A stretch of 64,000 bases of DNA from Candidatus Latescibacterota bacterium (GCA_965205975.1 OZ242195.1:640001-704000), one strand, 5' to 3'. Shown: positions 1 to 10,663, counted from the first letter of the stretch. The notes: generated from the sequence alone by a model not told the origin. Numbers and translations are program-made.

Positions 1-575
1 CGGACTTCGCCATCGCCTGCGCCTGAAATTCCCTCATAATAATCTATCTCGATCCCTTCCATATTTGACCGGGTGATGATATTGACCACGCCCCCAATAG
101 CGTCTGATCCATATACGGCCGAGGCGCCATCCTTGAGTACTTCGACGCGTTCGATGATTGAAGTGGGAATAGAATTGAGATCAACGGATGAATTTGCGCC
201 TGTTCCGCCCGGCACGAAGCGACGTCCGTTGACCAATACCAGGGTGCGATTAGAGCCGAGTCCGCGCAGATTAATCCGGGTAGAGCCATCGCCGCCGTTG
301 TTGGACTGGGTATTGGTCGCGTTGGACTGTACTGTGAGTGTTTGTAGCACATCTCCAATGGAGGTCAATCCCCGCGCTTTGATTTCGTCACCAGATAGGA
401 CGACGACTGGCGCAGGCGAAAGACTCTCCGCGCTTTTGATGCGGGATCCGGTTATGACGATTTCTTCAAATTCGTAGATTTTCGGCTCGTCGGGTGATTC
501 TTTAACATCCTCTGCGAACACTTCCGCAATAAAGACAATGGCCACTATTTGCCAGAATATGTGCTTCACACTCAT
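1..575 (-). CDS. TonB-dependent receptor, N-terminal part (runs off window edge)
   Basis: Manual translation MSVKHIFWQ...EEIVITGSRI...INLRGLGSNRTLVLVNGRR...IERVEVLKDGASAVYGSDAIGGVVNIITR: signal peptide, TonB box, plug motifs. Confidence 0.92.
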   Translation of the reverse strand, partial: MSVKHIFWQIVAIVFIAEVFAEDVKESPDEPKIYEFEEIVITGSRIKSAESLSPAPVVVLSGDEIKARGLTSIGDVLQTLTVQSNATNTQSNNGGDGSTRINLRGLGSNRTLVLVNGRRFVPGGTGANSSVDLNSIPTSIIERVEVLKDGASAVYGSDAIGGVVNIITRSNMEGIEIDYYEGISGAGDGEV

Positions 576-606
576 CCGTACCTCGCGATTGGAGAATGGC
601 AATTTT

Positions 607-1563
607 TTAGTCACTGCACGCATACGCATCAAATACAATTTGTAAATCGCGTTTTGCGCGTGCAAAATCCGAATATGGCTGACGCGAGCGGTTTTGAAGG
701 CAGGATAGAAAATCAGCCATCATCGCGCGATAGCCCATCAAATCTTTCAGACCCGGCCAGAGAATCCGAAAGCCTTTCTGGGGTTTGCGTATGTAAATGC
801 CGTTGCTTTCAAAAACAATGCGTCCGTGCGTGCCTTCGATATAAGAGTGCTGAAAAACGCCTTTTGTCAAACTGGGCGTTTGCCACGAGTAATGCAATTC
901 GGCAATTGCGCTGGTGGGATAGACCATTCTCACGACAGATTCGCGCTCTGGTGTACTGCTGGAAGAGCCAGGGAATATCGCTTCGACCTGTTCGGGCACT
1001 GCATCGAATAGATCTGAAATCAGGGCGATAAAATGAATACCGCCTTCCAACAAAGCACCATGAGCACTTTTCCAACCCTGCGCTTGCTGCGTTGTGAGCT
1101 TTTTTACTGAGACTGAACGCATTTCGCCGATATCGCCCTGGGCGACCATGTGCTTGATGTACGATAGCGAGGGTTTGTAATAATAATTCTCCGCGATCAT
1201 CAATAGGGGGGGCTCGACCCGTTCCAGCACGGTCTCTATTTCGACAATTTCCTCTGGCGAGATGCACATCGGTTTTTCGACGAGTACGGCTTTGCCAACT
1301 TCTAATAGTGCGATTATCTGGTCTTTGTGATGCTCTGGCGGGGAAGCGATCACCACGGCGTCCACATCGCTTTCCAATACGGCGTTCAGGTCGTCAAAAA
1401 TGCCCTGCCCCTTAAATTTGAGATTGAACTTGTACGCGCTTACCCGCGAGCGACTGCAAAAATACAACGCCGCCCGCCATTGCAAATTTTTCGCATGAAG
1501 CGCGCCGATATTCCCACACCCCAGGATGCAGATACGCGGTTTTTTATACGTCAGATGATCCAT
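607..1563 (-). CDS. Gfo/Idh/MocA family oxidoreductase
   Basis: GCGNIG Rossmann motif, EKP motif. Confidence 0.9.
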   Translation of the reverse strand: MDHLTYKKPRICILGCGNIGALHAKNLQWRAALYFCSRSRVSAYKFNLKFKGQGIFDDLNAVLESDVDAVVIASPPEHHKDQIIALLEVGKAVLVEKPMCISPEEIVEIETVLERVEPPLLMIAENYYYKPSLSYIKHMVAQGDIGEMRSVSVKKLTTQQAQGWKSAHGALLEGGIHFIALISDLFDAVPEQVEAIFPGSSSSTPERESVVRMVYPTSAIAELHYSWQTPSLTKGVFQHSYIEGTHGRIVFESNGIYIRKPQKGFRILWPGLKDLMGYRAMMADFLSCLQNRSRQPYSDFARAKRDLQIVFDAYACSD

Positions 1564-1606
1564 TTTGATTATTCTGCATCTAATAATAGAGAATCATATC
1601 GTTTTT

Positions 1607-1873
1607 TCATTCCTCAAAGCTGAGGACAGGAACAGAAATATGGGGGGCGGTTGCTATCAGCTCGGGATTATTCAGTAAATCTGCGATGCGAGATCCCACA
1701 TCGGCTCGTACGACTTTGGCCCCACATTGAGGACAAACACCCGCCAGAACATTGTCTAAAACGATGAGTTCATCGCGTATCCAAAAGTCCTGTTTAATAC
1801 GCTGTTCTTGCAGGGGTGTGTCACAGTTTTCACATTCCCCATAATCGTAAGCATTCATGTTGTCTTTGGGCAT
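1607..1873 (-). CDS. YgiT-type zinc finger / MqsA-like antitoxin (orphan)
   Basis: CENC...DNVLAGVCPQCG; start set at ATG 1873 after GGAG. Confidence 0.75.
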   Translation of the reverse strand: MPKDNMNAYDYGECENCDTPLQEQRIKQDFWIRDELIVLDNVLAGVCPQCGAKVVRADVGSRIADLLNNPELIATAPHISVPVLSFEE

Positions 1874-1905
1874 GGCTACTCCAGAGCGTAAGTTGATACT
1901 GACGT

Positions 1906-2295
1906 TTATACCCGTTGACCAAGGCAATAGCACAACTCGTCCGGTGCTATTACGAAGAATATGCGGAAGGATTTATCGCCGTGTTGCTCGATCCGATAAT
2001 TGGGATCGTCATTTTGCAGTCCATTGTTCTTTAATTCATTGAAGGCGACTTCGACATCATCCACTTCAAAAAAACAACCCTCCTGGGTCGGATCACCACC
2101 ATTTTCCGCCAGGCCGATCTGGATATCGTCTCTTGCGAGTATCGCGGATTTACAGGGCGCATCCTGCCGAGATACGACCTGAAATCCCATGATTGTTTCG
2201 TAAAAAGGGATGGCTTCTTCCAGGTTCTCAACGGGAAGGTTCAGGGCGTCTTGCAAGTAGGGCGAGGCTGTTTTGAATACAGCTTTGGTTTTCAT
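1906..2295 (-). CDS. VOC/glyoxalase family protein
   Basis: LPVENLEEAIPFY...FEVDDVE...F.VIAPD pattern. Confidence 0.85.
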   Translation of the reverse strand: MKTKAVFKTASPYLQDALNLPVENLEEAIPFYETIMGFQVVSRQDAPCKSAILARDDIQIGLAENGGDPTQEGCFFEVDDVEVAFNELKNNGLQNDDPNYRIEQHGDKSFRIFFVIAPDELCYCLGQRV

Positions 2296-2317
2296 ATTTA
2301 CTCCTTAAAGATTGAGC

Positions 2318-2725
2318 CTATACGAATACTGAGGGTGAGACACCAAATCGTTCGGACAAAGCACGTATTTGACGGATGTTCAGCTTCCGCTTTTCAGCCA
2401 AAATCTCCGAAACCACTCCTTGCGAACCCACCTCCGGCAAATCCGATTGAGTCAATTCATGCTCTTCCATGAGGAAACGAAGTGAATCCACACCCTCTGA
2501 CCTGGGCAGGGGATGGTGTTGTTCCTCCCATGTGTGGACAACAGTACCCAGTGTATCAAGTAAAGAATAAAGAGGGTGCCGCTCATCAGTACCCACCTCA
2601 TCTATCAGGTCGTTGAGACGCTCTATTGCAAGATCATAGTCCCGTTCGTCCTGAATCATGAGTAAAGGACTCACTTGCGTCCAGGATCGCTGAAGCTGTG
2701 GAGTAATAACACTCATGTCATCCAT
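2318..2725 (-). CDS. higA: HigA-type antitoxin (XRE HTH)
   Basis: LRFLMEEHELTQSDLPEVGSQGVVSEIL..KRKLNIRQIRALSERF; overlaps higB. Confidence 0.88.
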   Translation of the reverse strand: MDDMSVITPQLQRSWTQVSPLLMIQDERDYDLAIERLNDLIDEVGTDERHPLYSLLDTLGTVVHTWEEQHHPLPRSEGVDSLRFLMEEHELTQSDLPEVGSQGVVSEILAEKRKLNIRQIRALSERFGVSPSVFV

Positions 2726-3000
2726 CCTCCACGGTCATAAGCCTGATGTGTAAGTACATGACGGATATATACTTTGCCACGGTTGAAGTGGATCGAGACA
2801 ATCAGGCGGTACTTGTTGCCGGCGATGTTAAACACGACAAAATCTCCGACTTTATCAGCAGAAGGAAAGGTGCGGCGCAATGCCGAGAAACTATGGAACT
2901 GCGTCTGGCTCATGATTTTGAACCAGCGATTCAGAGGCTTCTCGCTGTCGGGATGCTGTGTCCAAAACACTCGCAGGGCTTTGCGTGAGATGATGTGCAT
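2713..3000 (-). CDS. higB: HigB-type mRNA interferase toxin
   Basis: MHIISRKAL...FPSADKVG..VFNIAGNKYRLI...VYIRHVLTH.AYD. Confidence 0.9.
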   Translation of the reverse strand: MHIISRKALRVFWTQHPDSEKPLNRWFKIMSQTQFHSFSALRRTFPSADKVGDFVVFNIAGNKYRLIVSIHFNRGKVYIRHVLTHQAYDRGGWMT

Positions 3001-3009
3001 TTATACAAG

Positions 3010-3038
3010 AATATATCGCAAGTTGAGATATATTGCAA
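3010..3038 (-). promoter_or_regulatory. higBA promoter with overlapping palindromic operator
   Basis: Minus strand TTGCAA-N17-TATATT, 9 nt before ATG (near-leaderless); inverted repeat AATATATCGCAA-G-TTGAGATATATT at 3010-3034. Confidence 0.75.
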
Positions 3039-3050
3039 ATGGGTGACGGT

Positions 3051-4892
3051 TCATTCCTTCTTCTGGGCTGTGGCTCGAGCTGCCCCTTCCGCAGGCACAT
3101 CCACCCTCACAGTCAGCACGGTATATCTCTCATCATCACTGGTGGTCGCCGCTTCCAGGCGCCCGCCATCCACCGCGTACGCTCCTGCTGGTAGCACGAA
3201 TGTTACCCGGCAATCGGGAAATGCGTCTTCCAGCATATTGGTCACTTTGGCTGTCACTTTGTCGTGTTTCCCGTCGTTACCCGGATCGTATGTCACGCTA
3301 AGTGGCGGTGGCCCTGCTCGATCAAAAGGAATGGGAGCAATAGCATCTCCTCGATAGGTCGCCGATGCCACCTGGCCGTTTTTAAACCGCACCACCCGAA
3401 AACTGCTGCTATTGCTTTTGCCTACCCGCGTGGCGGGTGTGGCTCCAATGGTCATCACCTTTTCCCCGGGGCCATGCGCGTCGTGGATCAGCTTTACCTT
3501 ATGCCTATCCAGAAATGCCTTTACCGGCGCATTGTGCTCGAATGCGTTGATTATCTTGATCTTAGCCTTCGCTCGCGAGGATAGAAGCGCGTTGGCTTGC
3601 GATAGATCCACATGCCAGGGATGCCCGAAATTCAGGATGCATAGGTCTGGCCCATAATCGATGATTCCCACCTGATCTCCATACCACCTCTCGTGTCCAT
3701 AAAATTGGTGATTGCCGAATGTAATCGCATAGGGCATCTCCAGTACCAGATGTGATCCCGAGATATACGCCGGATTCACCGCATTGCTAATCAGGACCAT
3801 ATCCGGTGCGATCAGGTTGGCGATCTCCGCCAACCGTCTCTCGTATTCCGCCTGGTACTGTCCCTGCGTGTCCAGGTGTCCAAACGTCATAAATACAGGA
3901 TCTTTCGGATAGTCTCGAACGACGTACACGCTTCTGGGAGACTGTCGCGTGAAATCTCCCCGCGAGCCGGACACCTTTATCGATAGATCGTATAACCCAG
4001 ATGGTATGTCTTGAGGTAGCTTTACCGTACCTTCCCGATCATAATAAAACTTCGCACTCGGATCTTCCTCAAATACTACCGTGCGTGAGATCGTAGCTGG
4101 CCCAACCCGACGCGACAACTTCACTTGCCCTATCGTGTGATCGTAGGCTCCCAACCGCACCCGAAAAGATTCACCGGGCCGACGGATGTCAGGGTGTCCC
4201 AGAACCGGGAATCGGAAGCCTTGTGGTCTGGTCTCCGGGTTCCGGTGTAGATATACTGGTGGCAGGCGCGTTTCTTTTCCTTTTTGAATCGCGATTTCTT
4301 CAATTTTTTGAGACTCCCATCCGTACGCAATCAATTCCAGTGAATATCCCTTTCCTGCGGGTAGGCCGGTCAGACGACACGCCCCCGATAACCAATTCCG
4401 CACCAGCGTGTTCCGCACTATTTGACCACTCTGGCTTACCACCGCTCGTGCATCTACGAAGAATCCATTTTCCTCTCCGTTGAGTACAAATGACAGTTCT
4501 CCAGAATGCTCCGCCAGGACTCGAAAACCAGATATACGGCAGCCCGTCTCGCCCCTGTTCTGACGATGCTCAACGCGTACCCGGTGTTTCCCCAGAGTCA
4601 GTCCCCTCGCCAGTACCACCTCTCGTGCTTCGTTACCCGGATACAAGATGCGCGGACTCCCATCATCTACTGTCACAATTAGTTTTCCCAGAGAAGGTTT
4701 TCCGTAGGCTGACACGGCGTGCTGGCCCAGACCAAGTGCCACTCCTGTACCGGTAAATTCAAACGTCAAGGCAGCACCATTATCCTCCGTCTCCAGACAG
4801 GCTGTCCTGGCATACCGGAACTGGCTCTCCCACCACGTACCTGATTGCAGCACACGGACTGTATCCAGAGCAGATATCCACTCCTTACTCAT
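3051..4892 (-). CDS. Hypothetical multidomain protein (beta-sandwich domains plus possible degenerate metallophosphoesterase-like domain)
   Basis: 613-aa ORF; GNH and DAHG motifs in C-terminal half. Confidence 0.6.
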   Translation of the reverse strand: MSKEWISALDTVRVLQSGTWWESQFRYARTACLETEDNGAALTFEFTGTGVALGLGQHAVSAYGKPSLGKLIVTVDDGSPRILYPGNEAREVVLARGLTLGKHRVRVEHRQNRGETGCRISGFRVLAEHSGELSFVLNGEENGFFVDARAVVSQSGQIVRNTLVRNWLSGACRLTGLPAGKGYSLELIAYGWESQKIEEIAIQKGKETRLPPVYLHRNPETRPQGFRFPVLGHPDIRRPGESFRVRLGAYDHTIGQVKLSRRVGPATISRTVVFEEDPSAKFYYDREGTVKLPQDIPSGLYDLSIKVSGSRGDFTRQSPRSVYVVRDYPKDPVFMTFGHLDTQGQYQAEYERRLAEIANLIAPDMVLISNAVNPAYISGSHLVLEMPYAITFGNHQFYGHERWYGDQVGIIDYGPDLCILNFGHPWHVDLSQANALLSSRAKAKIKIINAFEHNAPVKAFLDRHKVKLIHDAHGPGEKVMTIGATPATRVGKSNSSSFRVVRFKNGQVASATYRGDAIAPIPFDRAGPPPLSVTYDPGNDGKHDKVTAKVTNMLEDAFPDCRVTFVLPAGAYAVDGGRLEAATTSDDERYTVLTVRVDVPAEGAARATAQKKE

Positions 4893-4909
4893 CGGTATTT
4901 ATCCCTCTT

Positions 4910-5803
4910 TTAGACACGCACTTCTCTTGGCACAACATCCAGATCCCACGCCTGCCAGTAGTATTTTACTGGATCGTTCTCGTCCCATTTTTCATACACA
5001 TCTTCCCATGTCAGCCAATTCATATGCGGCTGTAGTGAATCATCTCGAACTGGATGGCTTCGCGGTTGATACCGGTAATCAGATGAAATCCGCAGACGGT
5101 CTGCTGACTCGTTATCGCGTCCCTGATGAATGGTCAGGCTGTGTAAAATAATCACGTCACCGCACATATAGTCGTCGCCGATCCAGACGGAATCCTCTTC
5201 GACGGGAACCTGACGGCCACCTGGTCCCACGCCTTCGAATGTTTCCAGTTTACCTCGCCGGTGCGATCCTCGGGCGACGGCGAGTCCACCGAGTTCTTCT
5301 GGACAGTCACCGCAGGGGATCCATGCTGTCCAGGTTTCGTCCGATCCTCCGATGAAGTAGTTGTCCTGGTGCGGGGGCGTCGAATGGGTATTGGTATTGG
5401 GGAAGACAAGGCGGCAGATGTTTCGGCTGTGCGGGAGTACATGTTCACCGAATAGAACTTCGAACGCCCGAATTAGAGGGGGTTCGAGCGCCAGTGCGTG
5501 AAAGTCTCGAATTTTCAGTACATCACCATAAAATGCCTGCCAGCGCGGGTCTTTGCTCTCGACGACCTGAATGTCGGGGTCTGCAATGCCCTCTGTCAGT
5601 TCGGAGCCGTCCATCAGCCACCCGTGGTCCCGACAGACGTTGAGGATCTGATGTCGGACCTCAATTACACGTTCCGGATCGAGCAGGTTGCGAAAGAACA
5701 GATACCCGTTCTCCTTTGCCTGTTGTCGAAGCTTCTCAGGATTCTGCAACAAATCCGTCGCGTCCTCAAGTGCCTCAATCTGTTTCATCTCAATCATCGC
5801 CAT
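4910..5803 (-). CDS. Phytanoyl-CoA dioxygenase (PhyH) family 2OG-Fe(II) dioxygenase
   Basis: PPHQD...RGSH...H...N...RIS. Confidence 0.9.
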   Translation of the reverse strand: MAMIEMKQIEALEDATDLLQNPEKLRQQAKENGYLFFRNLLDPERVIEVRHQILNVCRDHGWLMDGSELTEGIADPDIQVVESKDPRWQAFYGDVLKIRDFHALALEPPLIRAFEVLFGEHVLPHSRNICRLVFPNTNTHSTPPHQDNYFIGGSDETWTAWIPCGDCPEELGGLAVARGSHRRGKLETFEGVGPGGRQVPVEEDSVWIGDDYMCGDVIILHSLTIHQGRDNESADRLRISSDYRYQPRSHPVRDDSLQPHMNWLTWEDVYEKWDENDPVKYYWQAWDLDVVPREVRV

Positions 5804-5830
5804 TATGATGGTCTCCTTTTTCTGAATGAG

Positions 5831-6199
5831 TCAGGACCCGTACCAGGGATCCAACTCTTGAATTTCGTCTGGTTCAGGCATAGATGGGAATTGGACAGCT
5901 TTTATGGTTTTACGGCCTTCAAGTATTGCTTTGCACAGGCGATGGCCGCCATCCATGAGTGATCCATCTGCATTTAGAATGATAGGATATTTCAGGGAAG
6001 CGTGGTTAATTTTTTTACAATGTCGCGCGATCTCTCTTAGTGTGGGTTTCTTTTGCCCAAACCAGCAATCTTTGTCTAACTCTTTAATTGATGATACTTC
6101 AATTTCAAATGAAGGAAGATCTCTGGACTGTATCCAGAGTTTTTCGGTGTACCACACGAGCCGTTTGCCATCGCGTATTGTACTGTGTTTCTGTGGCAC
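5831..6199 (-). CDS. ParB/Sulfiredoxin-like domain protein
   Basis: YPIIL..DG.LMDGGHRL motif. Confidence 0.7.
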   Translation of the reverse strand: MPQKHSTIRDGKRLVWYTEKLWIQSRDLPSFEIEVSSIKELDKDCWFGQKKPTLREIARHCKKINHASLKYPIILNADGSLMDGGHRLCKAILEGRKTIKAVQFPSMPEPDEIQELDPWYGS

Positions 6200-6212
6200 G
6201 CTTCCTCCTTTT

Positions 6213-6728
6213 TTAAGCCATACTCAGGCTGTATCGAATTTCTCTGCGTTCAACTCCTGCAAGGGGTTCTGATTTTTGTGCGCCATCCGCACTGAATCCA
6301 AATTTTTGATAGAAAGAAATCGCTCTCTGGTTGGTCTCAAGAAGCCAAATTTTTACCATTGAGCAATTCATATCGCGAAGGGCCGTAAGAGATGCCTCCA
6401 TCAGTTTTCGACCAATGCCGCGGTCCCAGAATTCTTCAAGGGCGTAGATTGCATAGACTTCGCCGACGGCGTTTTTATCCAGTCCTTCATCTCGTACGGG
6501 GCCAAAGCTGATGAATGCAACGATCCTTTGCTCTACTTCAGCTACAAGTACTTTGTTGGAGGGGCTGTTGAGGGTCAGGTGCCATTGTTTCTCCCTCTGG
6601 TCAACAGACAAATTATCGAGGATGTCATCGGGCAATTGTCCCTTGTACGCAGCCTGCCATGACCGAACGTGGACCTCAGCCAGGCCTCTGGTATCGTTTT
6701 TGGAAGGTTCTCGGATGATCACTGCCAT
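6213..6728 (-). CDS. GNAT family N-acetyltransferase
   Basis: RGIGRKLM...NQRAISFYQKFGF; start at ATG 6728 after AAGGAG. Confidence 0.9.
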   Translation of the reverse strand: MAVIIREPSKNDTRGLAEVHVRSWQAAYKGQLPDDILDNLSVDQREKQWHLTLNSPSNKVLVAEVEQRIVAFISFGPVRDEGLDKNAVGEVYAIYALEEFWDRGIGRKLMEASLTALRDMNCSMVKIWLLETNQRAISFYQKFGFSADGAQKSEPLAGVERREIRYSLSMA

Positions 6729-6772
6729 GGTTGGAGATCTCCTTAATCTCGAAGTGGCGGATCGCGCTTTCC

Positions 6773-7765
6773 TCATTCTTTGAGCGCGTCTCTTACGGCT
6801 CTGGCGAGTCCAGGGTGCTTCAGCAGGGTACTCAGGCGAGAGATGACGAGATTGCCGCCGCCGTGTTTCAGGGCGATTTCTATCTCTTTGGCAAGGCGTT
6901 CGGGTGTGCGTACGAAGCCAGGCAAGTCGTGAATGCCGATGAAGGAGACAAAGCGGTTGATCTTTGGATTTTCCAGGCGCTTCATTTCGGCGGCTTCCAT
7001 TTCAACGCGTTCGAGTCGCCATTCGGGAGGATAGAACCAGGAGATGGTCTGTGTGCAATAGTCGAGTTTGTATTTGGCGCCAATGTACTCGTCGGGCAGG
7101 AAGTGCGGCCAGACGTGGTTGGTGACAATGGCATTGGGATCTATGGATTTAGCGTGGTCGTAGAGGAGGCGGTGAACGTCAATGAGTGTTTGTTTGGAGA
7201 CTTTTCCCATGATTTCGATATCGGACAGGTCGGGGGTTTGCTCGCGTGTTTCTTTACGGAGGGTTTCACAGCGGTCACAGAAACAGGCGTAGTAGTTGAC
7301 AAAGCCAAAGCCATCGAGGGCGATCCCGTCGGCGATGTCGAGGGCGCGCTCAACCCGTTTCTTGAGTTCGGCTTGCGATTCCGGGTGCTCGAAACAGAGG
7401 GTCGTTCTCGGTAATACGAACGATTGCCAGCGGTAGCTCTCTCCGTGCAACCGGAGCCAGGATTGTCCGGCGATGATGTCCGAGACTTTGTGTTCGAATT
7501 CGCGCATTTTCTGGAGGCAATGCGGATAGGTATTTTCAAAGTCGTCGTCGGAATAGGGGAAGACGGTGGCGATGATCTGAATGTCCCGTTTATGTGCTTG
7601 CGCGACCATTTCAGGCGTGGCGCTATTGGTAATAAGCATGTTGCAGCCAAGGTCCGCCACAAAATCGACGGCTTGTTCGCGTTTGGTGTCGGTTCTAAGA
7701 CGATCGATGGCCCAAACGGCTTTCATAGGGAGATGTCCTTTCTGAAGTTGGGCAACGGTTATCAT
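6773..7765 (-). CDS. Hypothetical protein, possible glycoside-hydrolase-like TIM barrel
   Basis: LCFEHP...DGIALD...CFCDRC pattern. Confidence 0.55.
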   Translation of the reverse strand: MITVAQLQKGHLPMKAVWAIDRLRTDTKREQAVDFVADLGCNMLITNSATPEMVAQAHKRDIQIIATVFPYSDDDFENTYPHCLQKMREFEHKVSDIIAGQSWLRLHGESYRWQSFVLPRTTLCFEHPESQAELKKRVERALDIADGIALDGFGFVNYYACFCDRCETLRKETREQTPDLSDIEIMGKVSKQTLIDVHRLLYDHAKSIDPNAIVTNHVWPHFLPDEYIGAKYKLDYCTQTISWFYPPEWRLERVEMEAAEMKRLENPKINRFVSFIGIHDLPGFVRTPERLAKEIEIALKHGGGNLVISRLSTLLKHPGLARAVRDALKE

Positions 7766-7774
7766 CTGGTTCTG

Positions 7775-8230
7775 TCAGGTAATATCTCCCAGGTATATGG
7801 GAGGTGCTCCGGGTTCAGAGCCAAGATAATCGAGTAAGGGCTTAGGATAGAATCTCAGGTTCTTGAGTTCACTAATGCTCATCCATTTCACCCCAACCTG
7901 GATTGAATCTCCCTCTGGGGCTTTGGAGGCATTATATCTTTCATCAACGGAACATCGGAAGATGAAGTCAATTAAATGGACACCCTTTGTCCGGGAACCC
8001 TCGTGATTGTCTGTGATATATTCTCGAACAAAGTTTAAACCTTCAACTGCGACATCTGCACCTATTTCTTCCTGGCATTCTCGCTTGAGAGCATCTATTA
8101 GTGTCTCTTTGCCGGGGTCCATGCCTCCCCCTGGCAGAATGTACCAAAGACCTTTGTCATCGATATTCTCGGTAACGAGAATTTGGTCGCCTCTCTGAAT
8201 CAGAGCCTTGGCTGCATTTCGCAAGTTCAT
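7775..8230 (-). CDS. NUDIX hydrolase
   Basis: PGGGMDPGKETLIDALKRECQEEIG Nudix box. Confidence 0.92.
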   Translation of the reverse strand: MNLRNAAKALIQRGDQILVTENIDDKGLWYILPGGGMDPGKETLIDALKRECQEEIGADVAVEGLNFVREYITDNHEGSRTKGVHLIDFIFRCSVDERYNASKAPEGDSIQVGVKWMSISELKNLRFYPKPLLDYLGSEPGAPPIYLGDIT

Positions 8231-8260
8231 AATAGATACCTCAAGCGAATCTCACGCTAC

Positions 8261-9604
8261 TCATCTCAGATCATTTTCCCCCAACACGTATTTGATCTGT
8301 ACGTTTCCGTCTTTATCGACGATTTTCATGTTTAGTTCGCGGTTGCCTTTGGGGCCTGAGAAACGGAGCAGTCCGAAGTTGAAACCGGGATAGACGGTTG
8401 CGATACTCTGTGGGTTTCCGCGCCAGCCCGAGCGGGGTCTCTGGACGATTGGATCTGTCCTGACAGCGGCGTTGGAACTGAGCAATTCAAAGAGGGGATA
8501 GGTGTCCTGTCCCTCGCGATAGAGGCGGTTGAGCGTCCCGACGTGCCAATCGCCTGCGATGAAGACGACACCGGTGATGTTTTCGGCGAACATCCATTTC
8601 AGGAAGTCGTCTCGCTCTGTGCCGAAATTGTCCCAGCGCTCGCCACGTCCCGTGAAGTCAACGACCATGCTATTTCCATTGGCGATTACTTTGAATGTCG
8701 CCGTGCTCGCTTTCAGGGATGCTTTCAGCCAGTCGATCTGCCCTTGTCCGAACATGGTCTTGCGGTCTTCTGCCTCGTTTGGGTCCCTATGATAGCGATC
8801 GTCGAGCATGAAGAACTCGACATCGGAAATTCGAAACTTGTGAAAGATTCCCTTTGTCTGGGAAGTGCCCCCGCTCGAGTTCGGCCAGTACCGTCGATAG
8901 AGTTCCAGGGTCTCTTCCCGGTAGGAGAATGTGCGATCGGAGTTGTTGGGGCCATAGTCGTGGTCGTCCCAGATCCCATAGCTGGGCGTCGTTGCCATGA
9001 GTGCTCTGATTTCCGGCACATGTCGTACTTCGCGATGATATCCCGCCATTGCATAGCGGACTGGATCCGGATCCTCCCCATAGTGGCTGGATCGTCCCGG
9101 CATGTAGTTGATGTCGCCAATAAAGAGAAATGCGTTTGGGCGGTGCTGCAAGACTTCTGCAAATGCAGGTTGCATAGGTTGTGTAGCCGGGTTTAGACAG
9201 GAACCGAATCCCACGGAGAAATCAGCGACGTAGGTTGAGTCATTCCGCCGAGGCTGCATCGCGGGCATTGTTCGGAATACCTGGGGAACAAGTGCTCTTA
9301 CCTGTTTCCCATTTACCGAAATCGCGTAGTGAACCCTCGTGTTCTGCACAAGTCCGTTCAGTGTCACCGTGCCGGTGTGGGGATAGCTCTCAGAGGTCAT
9401 CGTTTCTACTGCTGAACGGGTGATCTCCATTGCCCTGCCCGTTTGTGTCCAGTAATCTACTGTGACCTTCGCTGGCGCGTCTGTCTCAACCCAGATTATC
9501 GCCGATGATGTCGTCGTGTGGCTTATCATTGGGCCTGCAAGTAGCTCTGCTGCCATCATCCGCGTTGGAATAAGCATCAGTACTGTTAAGATCAAAATTC
9601 TCAT
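8261..9604 (-). CDS. phoD: Alkaline phosphatase D family protein, secreted
   Basis: FGSC, GD..Y, WDDHD, LDDRYHR, GDWH; signal peptide after GGAGGAG RBS. Confidence 0.85.
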   Translation of the reverse strand: MRILILTVLMLIPTRMMAAELLAGPMISHTTTSSAIIWVETDAPAKVTVDYWTQTGRAMEITRSAVETMTSESYPHTGTVTLNGLVQNTRVHYAISVNGKQVRALVPQVFRTMPAMQPRRNDSTYVADFSVGFGSCLNPATQPMQPAFAEVLQHRPNAFLFIGDINYMPGRSSHYGEDPDPVRYAMAGYHREVRHVPEIRALMATTPSYGIWDDHDYGPNNSDRTFSYREETLELYRRYWPNSSGGTSQTKGIFHKFRISDVEFFMLDDRYHRDPNEAEDRKTMFGQGQIDWLKASLKASTATFKVIANGNSMVVDFTGRGERWDNFGTERDDFLKWMFAENITGVVFIAGDWHVGTLNRLYREGQDTYPLFELLSSNAAVRTDPIVQRPRSGWRGNPQSIATVYPGFNFGLLRFSGPKGNRELNMKIVDKDGNVQIKYVLGENDLR

Positions 9605-9651
9605 TTCTCCTCCTCTTTTACAAAAGTTTTGATAAGTTTTGAGTTGTCCAT

Positions 9652-10641
9652 TTATGACTCCCAGGGTATAGGTACATTGGTATCTGTGGCAATGCGTTGC
9701 AACATGTCGAGATGCTCTTCGGTCAGCGGGATACCGCTTTGCTCGCGCGTTTGTTCGCGTTGCCATTCCAAACTGCCCGGGACTTCGGCGCTCGACAAGC
9801 CCGGCATGGGGTTCAGCGACCGGCTTTCGCGCAAGATGCGAGAGATTTCTGCCTTATAAGCCTCCAGGTCTCCCAGTTGAGCCACATCGATCGCCACAAT
9901 CATAAATCCTCGCGTGGCACTTGAATATTTTGGTTTGTGCGATTCGGGTGTCGCTGTGCCTGCTAAAATACCCGCCAGGAACCACGATGTAAATCGCATT
10001 CCCAAACTTTTAAAAATAAAATCTGGAAATGTCTGCAATGCTTCGGCGAGTTTGCTGCGGTCTTTCAACATGTTTGCGTTCATGTCCAGTACAAAAGGCG
10101 GGCCTTCTGCCGTTGGTATGCCAAAACACATCGGGGGAGCAGACATCGCATCCCATACCGTTGCATCGGGGCGCGTCGGTTTGGCCCAGGCGATTCCCCC
10201 TGCCACGCAAAAGGTCGCCAGATCGCGCGTTAGTGCCAGCCGCGCGTAGATCCCCGCGCTGCCCACATGGCCGTGATTGCGCGTGCTCGCAACGGCAATG
10301 CCATTTGTTTTCGCCTTTTCAATGACGGCCTCTGTTGCCCGCGTTGCCACGAGGTAACCCGCACCGCCATCCCCGTCAAAAATCGCCATTGAAGGGGCAT
10401 CCGTAATCTGGGCAATTTGGGGCTGTGGGTTAATGCGCCCTTCTCGAAACTCAGCCACATACCGCCGCAATTGCCGCGTGCCGTGTGAGGCGACGCCGCG
10501 CAAATCCACCTCTACCAGATAGCGCGCGATCAATGCGGCATCGCCATCGGGCAGACCGACTTTGCACAATGCTGCGGTAGCAAAGTCGCGCAATAGGTCA
10601 GGCATTATACGCCTGGCGTCTTCGGGGATATAAACGGGCAT
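9652..10641 (-). CDS. Ldh_2 (malate/L-lactate/ureidoglycolate) oxidoreductase family
   Basis: DLRGVASHG, DGDGGAG, NHGHVG. Confidence 0.88.
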   Translation of the reverse strand: MPVYIPEDARRIMPDLLRDFATAALCKVGLPDGDAALIARYLVEVDLRGVASHGTRQLRRYVAEFREGRINPQPQIAQITDAPSMAIFDGDGGAGYLVATRATEAVIEKAKTNGIAVASTRNHGHVGSAGIYARLALTRDLATFCVAGGIAWAKPTRPDATVWDAMSAPPMCFGIPTAEGPPFVLDMNANMLKDRSKLAEALQTFPDFIFKSLGMRFTSWFLAGILAGTATPESHKPKYSSATRGFMIVAIDVAQLGDLEAYKAEISRILRESRSLNPMPGLSSAEVPGSLEWQREQTREQSGIPLTEEHLDMLQRIATDTNVPIPWES

Positions 10642-10663
10642 GAGAGTCTCCTGCGAGGTGGAA